A stretch of 64,000 bases of DNA from Acidimicrobiia bacterium (lineage in GTDB: Bacteria > Actinomycetota > Acidimicrobiia > Spongiisociales > ZC4RG35): the NCBI GenBank assembly GCA_013812505.1, contig JACCTH010000021.1:24104-88103 (forward strand). The letters are read 5' to 3'. The notes below the pieces were generated by a model. The model worked only from the letters and a program-made list of their open reading frames with translations. It was not told where the DNA came from and did no database searches. Position numbers and translations under genes: made by a program. Position 1 is the first letter of the stretch; every line of letters starts with the position of its first letter. Positions 50,166 to 58,598 of the stretch are shown in pieces.

Positions 50166-50170
50166 TTTTC

Positions 50171-51346
50171 TCAAACGCGAGAGCTTTGGGGCATCAACGG
50201 CGGACGGACCTGATCGCCTTGGTATGCCTGGGCGACCATGTTGAGGAACTGGTAGTTGGTGCTTTCCCAGGGGCTGAGTGGACCAGGGCGGAACCCGCGG
50301 TTGGCGGACCCCCGTTGCACTCCTTCGCAGGCGTTCCAGTCTTCGCGGTTGGTGATGTCCCAGAAGTCGACGGCGTAGGCGGGGTCGAATCCTTGTTGAG
50401 CGATCGACTCCGGAGCGAAGAGCCAGTCGCACTCGATGAAAGTCCGGCCGGGTGCGAGTGGCACCAAGCGATGGGTCATCACGTAGTCCGGATGCGGACT
50501 GATCAACAGGTTGGGGAAAAGGCCGAGGTAAAGCACCTCTCGCTCCCCTTCAGGTCGCAACCCGCGGAAGTTGATGCCTTGTGACTCGCCAGTAAGCGAC
50601 ATCGTGGCTGCGTGATCCTTCAAGAGCATGTTCCCCCCACACCAGAGACCGGTCGGAGCGATGTCCTCTCCCGAATCGGGTGGCGTCACCTGGCAAAGCT
50701 CGGGATGGATCGTGGTGCAGTGGTAGCACTCGTGGTAGTTCTCGGCGACGAGCTTCCAATTGGCCGCAATCTCATAGGAGTGGCGAGCCACGAGGACGAG
50801 CCGGCCAGGCTCGTAAGGAATAATGACCTCCTCGAGATTCCCGATCGTGGCGGACAAGGGCGCCGCATTGCCACTGAGATCGAGGAAAAGCCATCCCAGC
50901 CACTCGTCGACACGGAGACTCATGAGGGGCCAGGCCGACATGTCAAAGTCCGGGGCTTGAGTCAAGGTCGGAGCAGCTCGAAGGCTGCCATCGAGCCGAT
51001 AAGACCAAGAGTGATAGGGGCATCGAATCAGACGGACGTCGACAGCATCGCCGGCTTCAACCAACGGGTGCCCGCGATGCCGGCAAACGTTGGAGAACCC
51101 GCGCACGACCCCGTCGGCGTCCCGGGAGAGGAGGATGGTCTCCCTACCGACTTCCACCGCCCTCACCTGCATCGGACCGAGAAGATCCTCCTTGCGGCCG
51201 AGGCACACCCAGTGCCGGCCGAAGATTTCGTCGACTTCCCAATCGAACACGTCCTGTGACTGGTAGGCGGCCGCCGGCAGAGTCCGACTCTCTCCGAATG
51301 GCGCCAGAACATCAGCAACAGCTAACTGGTCGATAGGGGCGTGCAT
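50171..51346 (-). CDS. Rieske non-heme iron oxygenase alpha subunit (glycine-betaine/choline demethylase-like)
   Basis: CRHRG...CPYHSW Rieske site, NWKLVAENYHECYHC..IHP, FWDITNRED. Confidence 0.92.
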   Translation of the reverse strand: MHAPIDQLAVADVLAPFGESRTLPAAAYQSQDVFDWEVDEIFGRHWVCLGRKEDLLGPMQVRAVEVGRETILLSRDADGVVRGFSNVCRHRGHPLVEAGDAVDVRLIRCPYHSWSYRLDGSLRAAPTLTQAPDFDMSAWPLMSLRVDEWLGWLFLDLSGNAAPLSATIGNLEEVIIPYEPGRLVLVARHSYEIAANWKLVAENYHECYHCTTIHPELCQVTPPDSGEDIAPTGLWCGGNMLLKDHAATMSLTGESQGINFRGLRPEGEREVLYLGLFPNLLISPHPDYVMTHRLVPLAPGRTFIECDWLFAPESIAQQGFDPAYAVDFWDITNREDWNACEGVQRGSANRGFRPGPLSPWESTNYQFLNMVAQAYQGDQVRPPLMPQSSRV

Positions 51347-51363
51347 AGAAAGACCCTAGTTTG

Positions 51364-51381
51364 TTGAACCTCCGTTCAGTT
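51364..51381. promoter_or_regulatory. Putative TetR operator TGAAC-N4-GTTCA
   Basis: TTGAACCTCCGTTCAGTT; a near-identical site lies at 52263-52280. Confidence 0.55.
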
Positions 51382-51423
51382 TACCTGATACCCTTCTTGG
51401 CGGCCTACGACAAGGAGTGCCTC

Positions 51424-51540
51424 ATGGTGGCGTCGCATGCCACCCGTTCGATAATCGATCTCACGGAGACGAAGAATCTCGACCGGATCATCGCCTCCGA
51501 GACCGAGCGATTTCGCCAGCGAATGGCACGCTCGCCTGGG
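51424..51540 (+). pseudogene. 5' remnant of a gene (probably class III aminotransferase-like)
   Basis: AAGGAG SD and ATG 51424. MVASHATRSIIDLTETKNLDRIIASETERFRQRMARS then runs into antisense of the SBP gene. Confidence 0.5.
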
Positions 51541-52249
51541 CGGGGTTGGCCACACCGTTTCGCATCAAGGCCATATAGAGCGTCTCCCGATAGTCGTCGT
51601 AAAGCCCGGTGATTCCCTTGTACTTGGGGTTCCAGAACACGTCCCAGGGGTTCTCGAGGTCGAGAACGTCGGCGTCGTCGACCAAATCGGTCCTCCAACC
51701 GATGCCGGTCGGGTAGACCACATATGGAACGGTGTATTGCGACCCCTCGTCATAGAAAGGATCGGCGAGCTGTGGCCACACGTTCGCCAGGTTCGGTAAA
51801 TAGTCTTGGTTAAGGGGCTGAATCAATTTTCCTGCCACAACCTTGGGCACAGACTGCGCAGTTGGGAACCACACGTCGTAGCTGACCTCGCCCGAGAGGA
51901 GTTTCGCCAGAGCTTCCTCTTCGTTGAAAAACGTGGTTAGTGCGATTTCCACTCCCAGTGCTTCCTGGGCCGCGACCACCGTGTCGGGATTTATGTAGTC
52001 GGCCCAGTTGTAGAGCCGCAGCGGCCCCTCCTCAGGCGACATCCCCGACGCGATAGCGGTGTTGTCCTCAAACAGAGGCTGGCCAACCGGACTGGCCGGG
52101 GTGCCGATGGCGAGCTCAGTGGCGACAAAGTCGGCGCCGCCGCACGCCGCCAGGACGGCGGAGATCGTCGGAAGCGACACGCCCATAGCCATTGCCCGCC
52201 GGATGAATTGGCGGCGGGTGACGCCGTCGAGACGGCGAGGAGTTGTCAT
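51488..52249 (-). pseudogene. Truncated PotD/PotF-like polyamine ABC substrate-binding lipoprotein (Tat signal)
   Basis: TRRQFIRR, LAAC, LYNWADYI, PFYDEG..YTVPY..TGIGW, WDVFW. The C-terminal lobe is missing after NGVANP. Confidence 0.8.
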
Positions 52250-52262
52250 CTGATCCTCCCTA

Positions 52263-52280
52263 TTGAACGAGTGCTCAGTT
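52263..52280. promoter_or_regulatory. Putative TetR operator (second copy)
   Basis: TTGAACGAGTGCTCAGTT in the SBP/TetR divergent spacer. Confidence 0.5.
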
Positions 52281-52332
52281 GGAAAGATAACCATGAACGG
52301 CTCCGAATGGATGCGTCGATAGCATCCATTTC

Positions 52333-52944
52333 ATGGCCCGCCCAAGCATGACCGAGGAACGCCACCGCCAGATCCTCGAGGCGGCCGCCGCCGTGATCGC
52401 CGAGCGTGGAGTGTGCGACGCCCGGATCAGCGACATCGCCACCCGGATCGGGACGAGCCCGGCCCTGATCCTCTATTACTTCCCCGGCAAGGACGCGTTG
52501 CTGGCCGAGGCGCTCGCCTATCGCGACCAACAGTTCTTTGACAGCGTTGCCTCAGAGCTGACCGAGGCCGACAGCCCCAGCCGACGGCTCGAGGCGCTGA
52601 TCGAAGCGAGCTCTCCGCCCGACGAACCCCTCGAGCAAGACAGCGAGTGGCTCCTCTGGCTCGATGTCTGGACCCGTTCCCGGCATGACGACACGCTCGC
52701 CAAGACCCGGATGAGGATGGACAACCTCTTTCGGGCTGCAATCGAAGAGATCGTTTCTGACGGCATCGAGAAAGCGGACTTTCAGTCTGTCGCCGTGAAG
52801 GATTTCGCCATCAACCTCTCTGCATTGATCGACGGACTGGCGATCCAGGTCCTGTTGAAGGATCCGGCGGTCGACTCGGCCACCATGCGCCGGCTGTGCC
52901 TCGGCTTCGCTAGAACCCAGCTCGGCATGTCCATCAGGGTCTGA
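52333..52944 (+). CDS. TetR-family regulator (BetI-type C-terminus)
   Basis: ARISDIATRIGTSPALILYYFPGKDAL; LWLDVW; LIDGLAIQ. Confidence 0.92.
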   Translation: MARPSMTEERHRQILEAAAAVIAERGVCDARISDIATRIGTSPALILYYFPGKDALLAEALAYRDQQFFDSVASELTEADSPSRRLEALIEASSPPDEPLEQDSEWLLWLDVWTRSRHDDTLAKTRMRMDNLFRAAIEEIVSDGIEKADFQSVAVKDFAINLSALIDGLAIQVLLKDPAVDSATMRRLCLGFARTQLGMSIRV

Positions 52945-53017
52945 GAATGGGCAAAGTCTGAGGATGGGGCAAGGTCTGGAACATGGGCACGGTCTTAAGG
53001 ATGGGCAGGGTCTGACG
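52927..53017 (+). repeat. Five degenerate 17-20-nt tandem units (consensus ATGGGCAnGGTCTGAGG)
   Basis: Units start at 52927, 52947, 52964, 52983 and 53001. Confidence 0.75.
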
Positions 53018-55027
53018 TTGGGGGACCTCGCCCCTCTGCTCGAAGCGCGGTCGATTGCCGTGATCGGCGCCTCACCAAAGCTGGGCTCCGTTGGCCATCA
53101 GGTGTTGGTTCAGCTCGAGCGCGGCGGCTTCACCGGGTCGATCCTTGCCATCAATCCCAACTACCCGGACATGCTGCCAACCCTCGACCAGCCGGTCGAC
53201 CTTGCCGTCCTCGCGATTGCGAATCGTCACCTCGAATCACAAGTCGAGGTCGCGCTGGCCGCGGGCACCCGGAGCTTTCTGATCTTTGCGAGTTGCTACG
53301 GCATCGCGAGTAACGGCGATCCGCTGCAAGTGTGGCTCTCGCGGCGCTTGGAGGGCATACCCGTCTGCGGCGGCAACGGTATGGGATTTCTCAACTTGAC
53401 CCGTTCGGTGTGGGTATGCGGTTTCCATCAACCCCCCGATTTACAACGAGGCCGAGTGGCTTTCATCTCGCATTCGGGATCGCTGTTCTCGGCGATGTTG
53501 CACAACCACCGCCACCAGACGTTCAACCTCGTGGTGTCAGCGGGGAACGAGCTCACGCTTACCCAAGCCGACTATGCCAACTATGCCCTCGACCAGGAGG
53601 AAACGAGGGTGATCGCTATGTTCACCGAAGCGGTCCGTGACCGGGAAGCCCTGAGCCGGGTCTGGACGCGCGCCAACGACCGAGACGTCCCGGTCATCGT
53701 TTTGAAAACAGGTCGCAACGAAGCCGGCGCCGCGTCGGTGGCTACCCATTCGGCTGGTCTGGCAGGGGCTTATGCGCCGTTCGTCGCGTTTGCCAGTGCG
53801 CACGGGGTGCATCTGGTCGAAACGATGGACGAGATGATGGACACGATCGCGCTGTTCGACTCAAAGCACCGTCCGACGACTCGCGCCTTGGGCACGGTCC
53901 ACGATTCCGGTGGGGAGAAAACCCACCTGATCGATCTCGCCGGCGAGCTGGGAATCGAGTTGGCTGCCGTCGGACCACCGACGGCGGACCGCTTGCTTGC
54001 GGTGCTCGATGACGGTCTCGAGCCTGCCAATCCGGTCGATGCCTGGGGTACGGGCCGAGCCTCGCCGGAGGTTATGGGCGAGTGTCTCGGGGCCCTCGCC
54101 GATGACCCGGCGGTCGGGGCGGTCGCGTTCGCCGTCGACCTCACCACGGAGGAGCATTCCGCCACCGATTACGCCGACATCGCCCTCAAGGCGGCGGCAG
54201 CCACAGAGAAGCCGCTCTTCGTCCTTTCGCATTTGTCGAGCGCGGTCGACCCGGTGCAGGCCCGGACCCTGGCGAGGGCAGAGGTCCCATTGCTGCGCGG
54301 CACCGCGACCGGCTTGCGAGCTGTCGCGCACCTTCTTGATCATCGGCGAGTGACAAAGTCGGCACCTCCCGTGCCACCCGCAACGCTCGATCGTTGGCGA
54401 CTACGCCTCAGCCAGGGGATCCTCAACGATGTCGAGGCGCTCGAGCTCCTTTCGGACTTCGGCATCCCGATCGAGCGCCTCCATCGAGTGCCCAACATGT
54501 CCAAAGCCGTCGAGCTTGCGGGGAAAATCGGCTATCCGGTCGCGGTGAAGGCAGTCGGGCTGATCCACAAGACCGAGCACAACGGCGTCCGCACAAACCT
54601 TCGCAACGCCGAATCGCTGTCGGCGGCCTGGCGAGCATTGCGGACCCTCGAACTTCCCCTGGCGATTCAGCGCATGGTTCCGGGCGGGATCGAGATTGCC
54701 TTGGGAATGGTCAATGATCCTCAGGTCGGTCCGGTGATGCTCGTGGGCACTGGCGGCGTCCTCGTCGAATTGCTCCGCGACCGGGTGCTGATCGTGCCTC
54801 CGATCGATCACGCCGCCGCCAAAACAGCGTTGGGACAACTTATGGTCGGGCCGATACTGGCGGGGTATCGCGGTACGGACCCGCTGGCGACCGACGGCTT
54901 GGTCGAGGCGCTGGTTGCGTTCTCCGGCCTGGTCCACCACCTTGGTGACCAGTTGCAATCGGTCGATGTCAATCCGCTCGTCGTCCATTCCACCGGCCTG
55001 GCGGCAGTCGACGCTCTCGTTTTTTGA
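52964..55027 (+). CDS. NDP-forming acyl-CoA synthetase (acetate-CoA ligase family)
   Basis: SIAVIGAS, GGNGMG, ISHSG, VSAGNE, LKTGR..ATHS, NPVD, GYPVAVK, HKTE, DVNPL. True start may be TTG 53018. Confidence 0.9.
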   Translation: MGQGLEHGHGLKDGQGLTLGDLAPLLEARSIAVIGASPKLGSVGHQVLVQLERGGFTGSILAINPNYPDMLPTLDQPVDLAVLAIANRHLESQVEVALAAGTRSFLIFASCYGIASNGDPLQVWLSRRLEGIPVCGGNGMGFLNLTRSVWVCGFHQPPDLQRGRVAFISHSGSLFSAMLHNHRHQTFNLVVSAGNELTLTQADYANYALDQEETRVIAMFTEAVRDREALSRVWTRANDRDVPVIVLKTGRNEAGAASVATHSAGLAGAYAPFVAFASAHGVHLVETMDEMMDTIALFDSKHRPTTRALGTVHDSGGEKTHLIDLAGELGIELAAVGPPTADRLLAVLDDGLEPANPVDAWGTGRASPEVMGECLGALADDPAVGAVAFAVDLTTEEHSATDYADIALKAAAATEKPLFVLSHLSSAVDPVQARTLARAEVPLLRGTATGLRAVAHLLDHRRVTKSAPPVPPATLDRWRLRLSQGILNDVEALELLSDFGIPIERLHRVPNMSKAVELAGKIGYPVAVKAVGLIHKTEHNGVRTNLRNAESLSAAWRALRTLELPLAIQRMVPGGIEIALGMVNDPQVGPVMLVGTGGVLVELLRDRVLIVPPIDHAAAKTALGQLMVGPILAGYRGTDPLATDGLVEALVAFSGLVHHLGDQLQSVDVNPLVVHSTGLAAVDALVF

Positions 55028-55039
55028 TAGGTTCTCCGC

Positions 55040-55792
55040 ATGTGTTTTGACTACGACGCCACTCCACCTGTCATCGCCGGGGCCGCGACCGACCATCGCG
55101 ACCTCGTCTTGACCGCCGACGATGGCAACCTGTTCCTTGCTTTCGAAGCCTTTGCCAACCAAGGCGGCGCCACCGGGGTTGTCGTGTTGCCGGACGTGCG
55201 CGGGATCTTTCCGTTCTACACCCAACTCGCCGATCGTTTCGCCGAGCAGGGCCACGACGCATTGACGATCGACTACTTCGGCCGAACGGCTGGACGTGAG
55301 ACGAGGCGGGAGGATTTTCCCTTTCGGGACCATGTCGAGCAGACCACCTTTGAAGGCGTGCGTCTCGACGTTGCCGCCGCCGTTGCCCGGCTACGCGAAA
55401 CGTCCAAGGACCGGCGCATCTTCACCATCGGTTTCTGCTTCGGGGGCTCGAATTCGTGGCATCAAGCGGCCAACGGCCATGGACTGGCGGGCGCGATCGG
55501 TTTCTATGGAGTGCCTGGCCGCGCCTGGCCGGCCGGGGCGCCGACGTCCATCTCGGCCGCCGCCGAGATGACATGCCCGGTGCTCGCCCTCATCGGCGGC
55601 GACGACCAGTCGATCCCCCCGGAAATGGTGGATGAGTTCGATAAGGCGCTCACTGCGGCCAGAGTCGAGCACGAGATCAAAGTTTACGAAACCGCCCCTC
55701 ACTCGTTCTTCGACCGCAAGCAAGAGCAATTCCAGAGCGAGTCGGAGGATGCCTGGCGTCGGACCTTGGATTTCATCGCCAAGCACTCGTGA
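55040..55792 (+). CDS. Dienelactone hydrolase family protein
   Basis: PDVRG, GFCFGG nucleophile, GGDD, APHSF. Confidence 0.93.
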   Translation: MCFDYDATPPVIAGAATDHRDLVLTADDGNLFLAFEAFANQGGATGVVVLPDVRGIFPFYTQLADRFAEQGHDALTIDYFGRTAGRETRREDFPFRDHVEQTTFEGVRLDVAAAVARLRETSKDRRIFTIGFCFGGSNSWHQAANGHGLAGAIGFYGVPGRAWPAGAPTSISAAAEMTCPVLALIGGDDQSIPPEMVDEFDKALTAARVEHEIKVYETAPHSFFDRKQEQFQSESEDAWRRTLDFIAKHS

Positions 55793-56991
55793 CCACTTGG
55801 TCCAACTGGGTCGGCAACCAGTCCTTCGCTCCCCGACAAGTCGTAGCCACCGCAGACGAAGAGTCGGTGCAGGAGCAGGTGCGGGCGGCTGTCGCCGGCA
55901 GTTATCGGGTACGGACGTTTGGGACCGGGCACTCCTTCACTCCGATCGTTGAAACCGACGTCTTGCTCGACACGACAGCATTGCGCGGCATTGTCGAGAT
56001 CGATGAACCGGCACGGCGGGTGCGGGCGCTGCCCAAGACGACCATCGGCGATTTTGGCAAGCCGCTCTGGGAAAGAGGGCTGGCGCTCGCCAACCAGGGC
56101 GACATCGACACTCAGTCGATCGCGGGCGCCGTCGCCACCGCCACCCACGGTTCGGGCCGCCGCCTCCCCAACCTCTCGGCCACGGTCACCGGTGCCCGGC
56201 TAGTCGACGGCACCGGGGAGATCGTGGTGATCGATGCCTCTCATCCCGACCTGCCAGCACTGCAAGCGTCGATCGGGCTCATGGGCATCATGACCGAGCT
56301 CGAGATCGAGGTCGTTCCTGCCTACGAGCTCGCCGCCCGTACCGACGTCCTACCTTTTGCCGAGATGCTCGAGACCTTTGCCGACGACATCGATCGATAC
56401 CGTCATTACGGCTTCTTCTGGATGCCGACCGATGCTTCGGCGGAGCTCTACAACTTGAGTGGCGCCGGCGCCGACGATTGTGTGCTCAAGCGCTATTTAG
56501 AAGTCGCCCCGGGAACTGATCCCGCCGACCTTCCCGAACACCATCGTCTCGGACCCGCCTTCGAGATTTATCCGATGGTGTACGACCCCAACTTTCATGA
56601 AGTGGAGTACTTCCTCCCTCTCGATCAAGCCCGGGCGATTCTGTCGGAGATGCGCCAGCTGATGTTCGAGTGGTTACCGCTCAGTGTTTATCCGTTGGAG
56701 ATCCGGGTGGTCGCCGCTGACGAGGCCTGGATAAGCCCTAACTACCAAAGGGAGAACCTGGTCGTGTCAATCTCGGGAGAGCCGGGGACCGACTATTGGA
56801 CGTACCTGCACGCGTGCGACCAGTTGTTTGCGGAGTTCGCCGGTCGACCTCACTGGGGGAAGATTCACTTCATGACGGCGTCTCGGCTGGCTGGGCTCTT
56901 TCCCCGCTACGACGAATTCGTCCAAACCCGGAAACGATTCGACCCGAAGGGTGTCTTTCTGAACGATCACACCCAAGCCCTGTTCGCTTAG
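55789..56991 (+). CDS. FAD-linked oxidase (aldonolactone/alditol oxidase, ALO family)
   Basis: WSNWVGNQ, GTGHSF, NQGDI..QSIAGA.ATATHG, GRPHWGK, DPKGVFLN. Confidence 0.92.
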   Translation: MTTWSNWVGNQSFAPRQVVATADEESVQEQVRAAVAGSYRVRTFGTGHSFTPIVETDVLLDTTALRGIVEIDEPARRVRALPKTTIGDFGKPLWERGLALANQGDIDTQSIAGAVATATHGSGRRLPNLSATVTGARLVDGTGEIVVIDASHPDLPALQASIGLMGIMTELEIEVVPAYELAARTDVLPFAEMLETFADDIDRYRHYGFFWMPTDASAELYNLSGAGADDCVLKRYLEVAPGTDPADLPEHHRLGPAFEIYPMVYDPNFHEVEYFLPLDQARAILSEMRQLMFEWLPLSVYPLEIRVVAADEAWISPNYQRENLVVSISGEPGTDYWTYLHACDQLFAEFAGRPHWGKIHFMTASRLAGLFPRYDEFVQTRKRFDPKGVFLNDHTQALFA

Positions 56992-57002
56992 GGTCCCGGT
57001 TC

Positions 57003-57794
57003 ATGAAGATTCGTGTCGGAGCCCAGCTCCATCCCCAGCAAGGCGACTACGAGGCACTGCGGAGGGCGGTGACCGCGAGCGAGGAGCTCGGGTACGACAT
57101 CGTCTACAACTGGGACCACTTCTTTCCGCTTTACGGCGACCGCGACGGCAAACACTTCGAGTGTTGGACGACGCTCGCCGCATGGGCTGAACAGACCGAG
57201 ACGATCGAGATTGGCCCCCTGGTCGCCTGCAACAGTTATCGCAACCCCAACCTGGTCGCCGACATGGCGCGGACCATCGACCATATCTCCGGGGGACGTT
57301 TCGTCCTCGGCCTCGGGGGAGGCTGGAAGAAACGCGATTACGACGAGTACGGCTACGAGTTCGGCACCGCTGCTACCCGCCTCCGATCGCTCGGGAAGAA
57401 CATGCCGATCATTGAGGAGCGGCTCGGGAAGCTCAACCCCGCTCCCGTCCGCAGAATGCCAATCCTCATCGCTGGAACCGGCCCGACAATCACCCTGCCG
57501 ATCGTCGCCCGCCATGCCGACCGCTGGCACGGCGCCTTTCCGAGCCATGCCGAGGATATGGAGGATCCCATCGCTGTCCTCAAAGGGCATTGCGAAAAAA
57601 TCGGCCGCGACCCCGGCGAAATCATGTGGTCCGTTGGCGTTCAACCCGAGGAGCTCGATCCGTTTCTCGCCAAAGAAGCCTCCACCCTGGTTGAGATGGG
57701 GGTAACGGAATTCACGCTTGGCTTCAACGGACCCCGCTGGGACGTTGGCAGGGGTCGAGATCTACTCGCCTGGCGCGACGACCTCAACGCCTAA
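57003..57794 (+). CDS. LLM-class F420-dependent oxidoreductase
   Basis: WDHFFPL, FECWTTL, YRNPNLVADMARTIDHISGGRF.LG.G.GW. Confidence 0.92.
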   Translation: MKIRVGAQLHPQQGDYEALRRAVTASEELGYDIVYNWDHFFPLYGDRDGKHFECWTTLAAWAEQTETIEIGPLVACNSYRNPNLVADMARTIDHISGGRFVLGLGGGWKKRDYDEYGYEFGTAATRLRSLGKNMPIIEERLGKLNPAPVRRMPILIAGTGPTITLPIVARHADRWHGAFPSHAEDMEDPIAVLKGHCEKIGRDPGEIMWSVGVQPEELDPFLAKEASTLVEMGVTEFTLGFNGPRWDVGRGRDLLAWRDDLNA

Positions 57795-57863
57795 GCATAT
57801 TTCTCCCCCAAAGGACTATCGCTTTACCTGGACCTGACCTGCGCAAACTCCTCGCGTACGCGT

Positions 57864-57968
57864 GATTTGTCCTGTGGCGAACGCTCAAAACCAAATCTGT
57901 CCTGTAGCGAACGGTACTCGTTCGCTACAGGACGAATTTCCCAACAAGCGTTCCTGTGGCGACAAATC
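57864..57968. repeat. Nested palindromic REP-like cluster
   Basis: Direct units at 57865/57895 (30-nt period); perfect 15-bp stem at 57899-57933; outer inverted arms at 57864-57885 / 57947-57968. Confidence 0.85.
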
Positions 57969-58068
57969 CGTCTGTCCATCGCAGGGAAGGGAGTGGCGTA
58001 TCCAGCCCACTCGAATAGGAACAACCTTGGTCCCCGAATCTGTCGGGCCTGGCGCGTACGATCCGGCC

Positions 58069-58554
58069 ATGGACTTACCGATCGATGTTGTCCGCAGCCG
58101 TCGTAGGAAGCGCACCATCGCCGCCTATGTCGCCGACGGTCGAGTTCGGGTGATGCTGCCGGACGGACTGCCGGCCGACCAAGAGGCCAAACTGGTGAAG
58201 GAGATGGCGGCCAAGGCGATCCGCCGCTTTACGTCTACCCAGGTCGACCTGGCGGCTCGGGCTGGCTCGCTCGCCCATCGCTATGACCTGCCGAGCCCCG
58301 AATCGATCGAATGGTCCGACCGCCAGCTGACTCGTTGGGGGTCATGTTCGACCGATTCTCGGCGGATACGCATCTCCCGACGGCTCGCCACCATGCCGCG
58401 TTGGGTCCTCGACTGGGTGATCATCCATGAGCTCGCCCATCTGGTGTTCGCGAATCATGGCCCGGGTTTCCAAGCCTTGGTTGCTCGCTATGAGCTTGGT
58501 GAGCGCGCCGAGGGCTATCTGATCGCCAAAGCCGAGGAGCGAACTAAACCTTAG
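58069..58554 (+). CDS. YgjP/M48-like metallo-hydrolase (DUF45)
   Basis: RSRRRKRT, RWGSCS, VIIHELAHL..NHGPGF. ATG at 58069. Confidence 0.9.
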   Translation: MDLPIDVVRSRRRKRTIAAYVADGRVRVMLPDGLPADQEAKLVKEMAAKAIRRFTSTQVDLAARAGSLAHRYDLPSPESIEWSDRQLTRWGSCSTDSRRIRISRRLATMPRWVLDWVIIHELAHLVFANHGPGFQALVARYELGERAEGYLIAKAEERTKP

Positions 58555-58596
58555 GTTCCAGGGGTGGTCTGGCCACCACCAGAATCTTTAGGTTTG
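58545..58596. repeat. Degenerate A-B-A two-hairpin repeat between convergent genes
   Basis: Reverse complement contains GGTGGCCAGACCACCCCTGGAACCTAAGGTTT, similar to GGTGGCTATACCACCACGCGAACCTAAGGTTT at 23874. Confidence 0.7.
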
Positions 58597-58598
58597 AG

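Noticed and set aside
57824-58068. ORF extension with ICPVAN repeats upstream of the M48 gene
   Set aside because: It is a translation of the palindromic repeat cluster; the real gene starts at ATG 58069 with its own -10 box.
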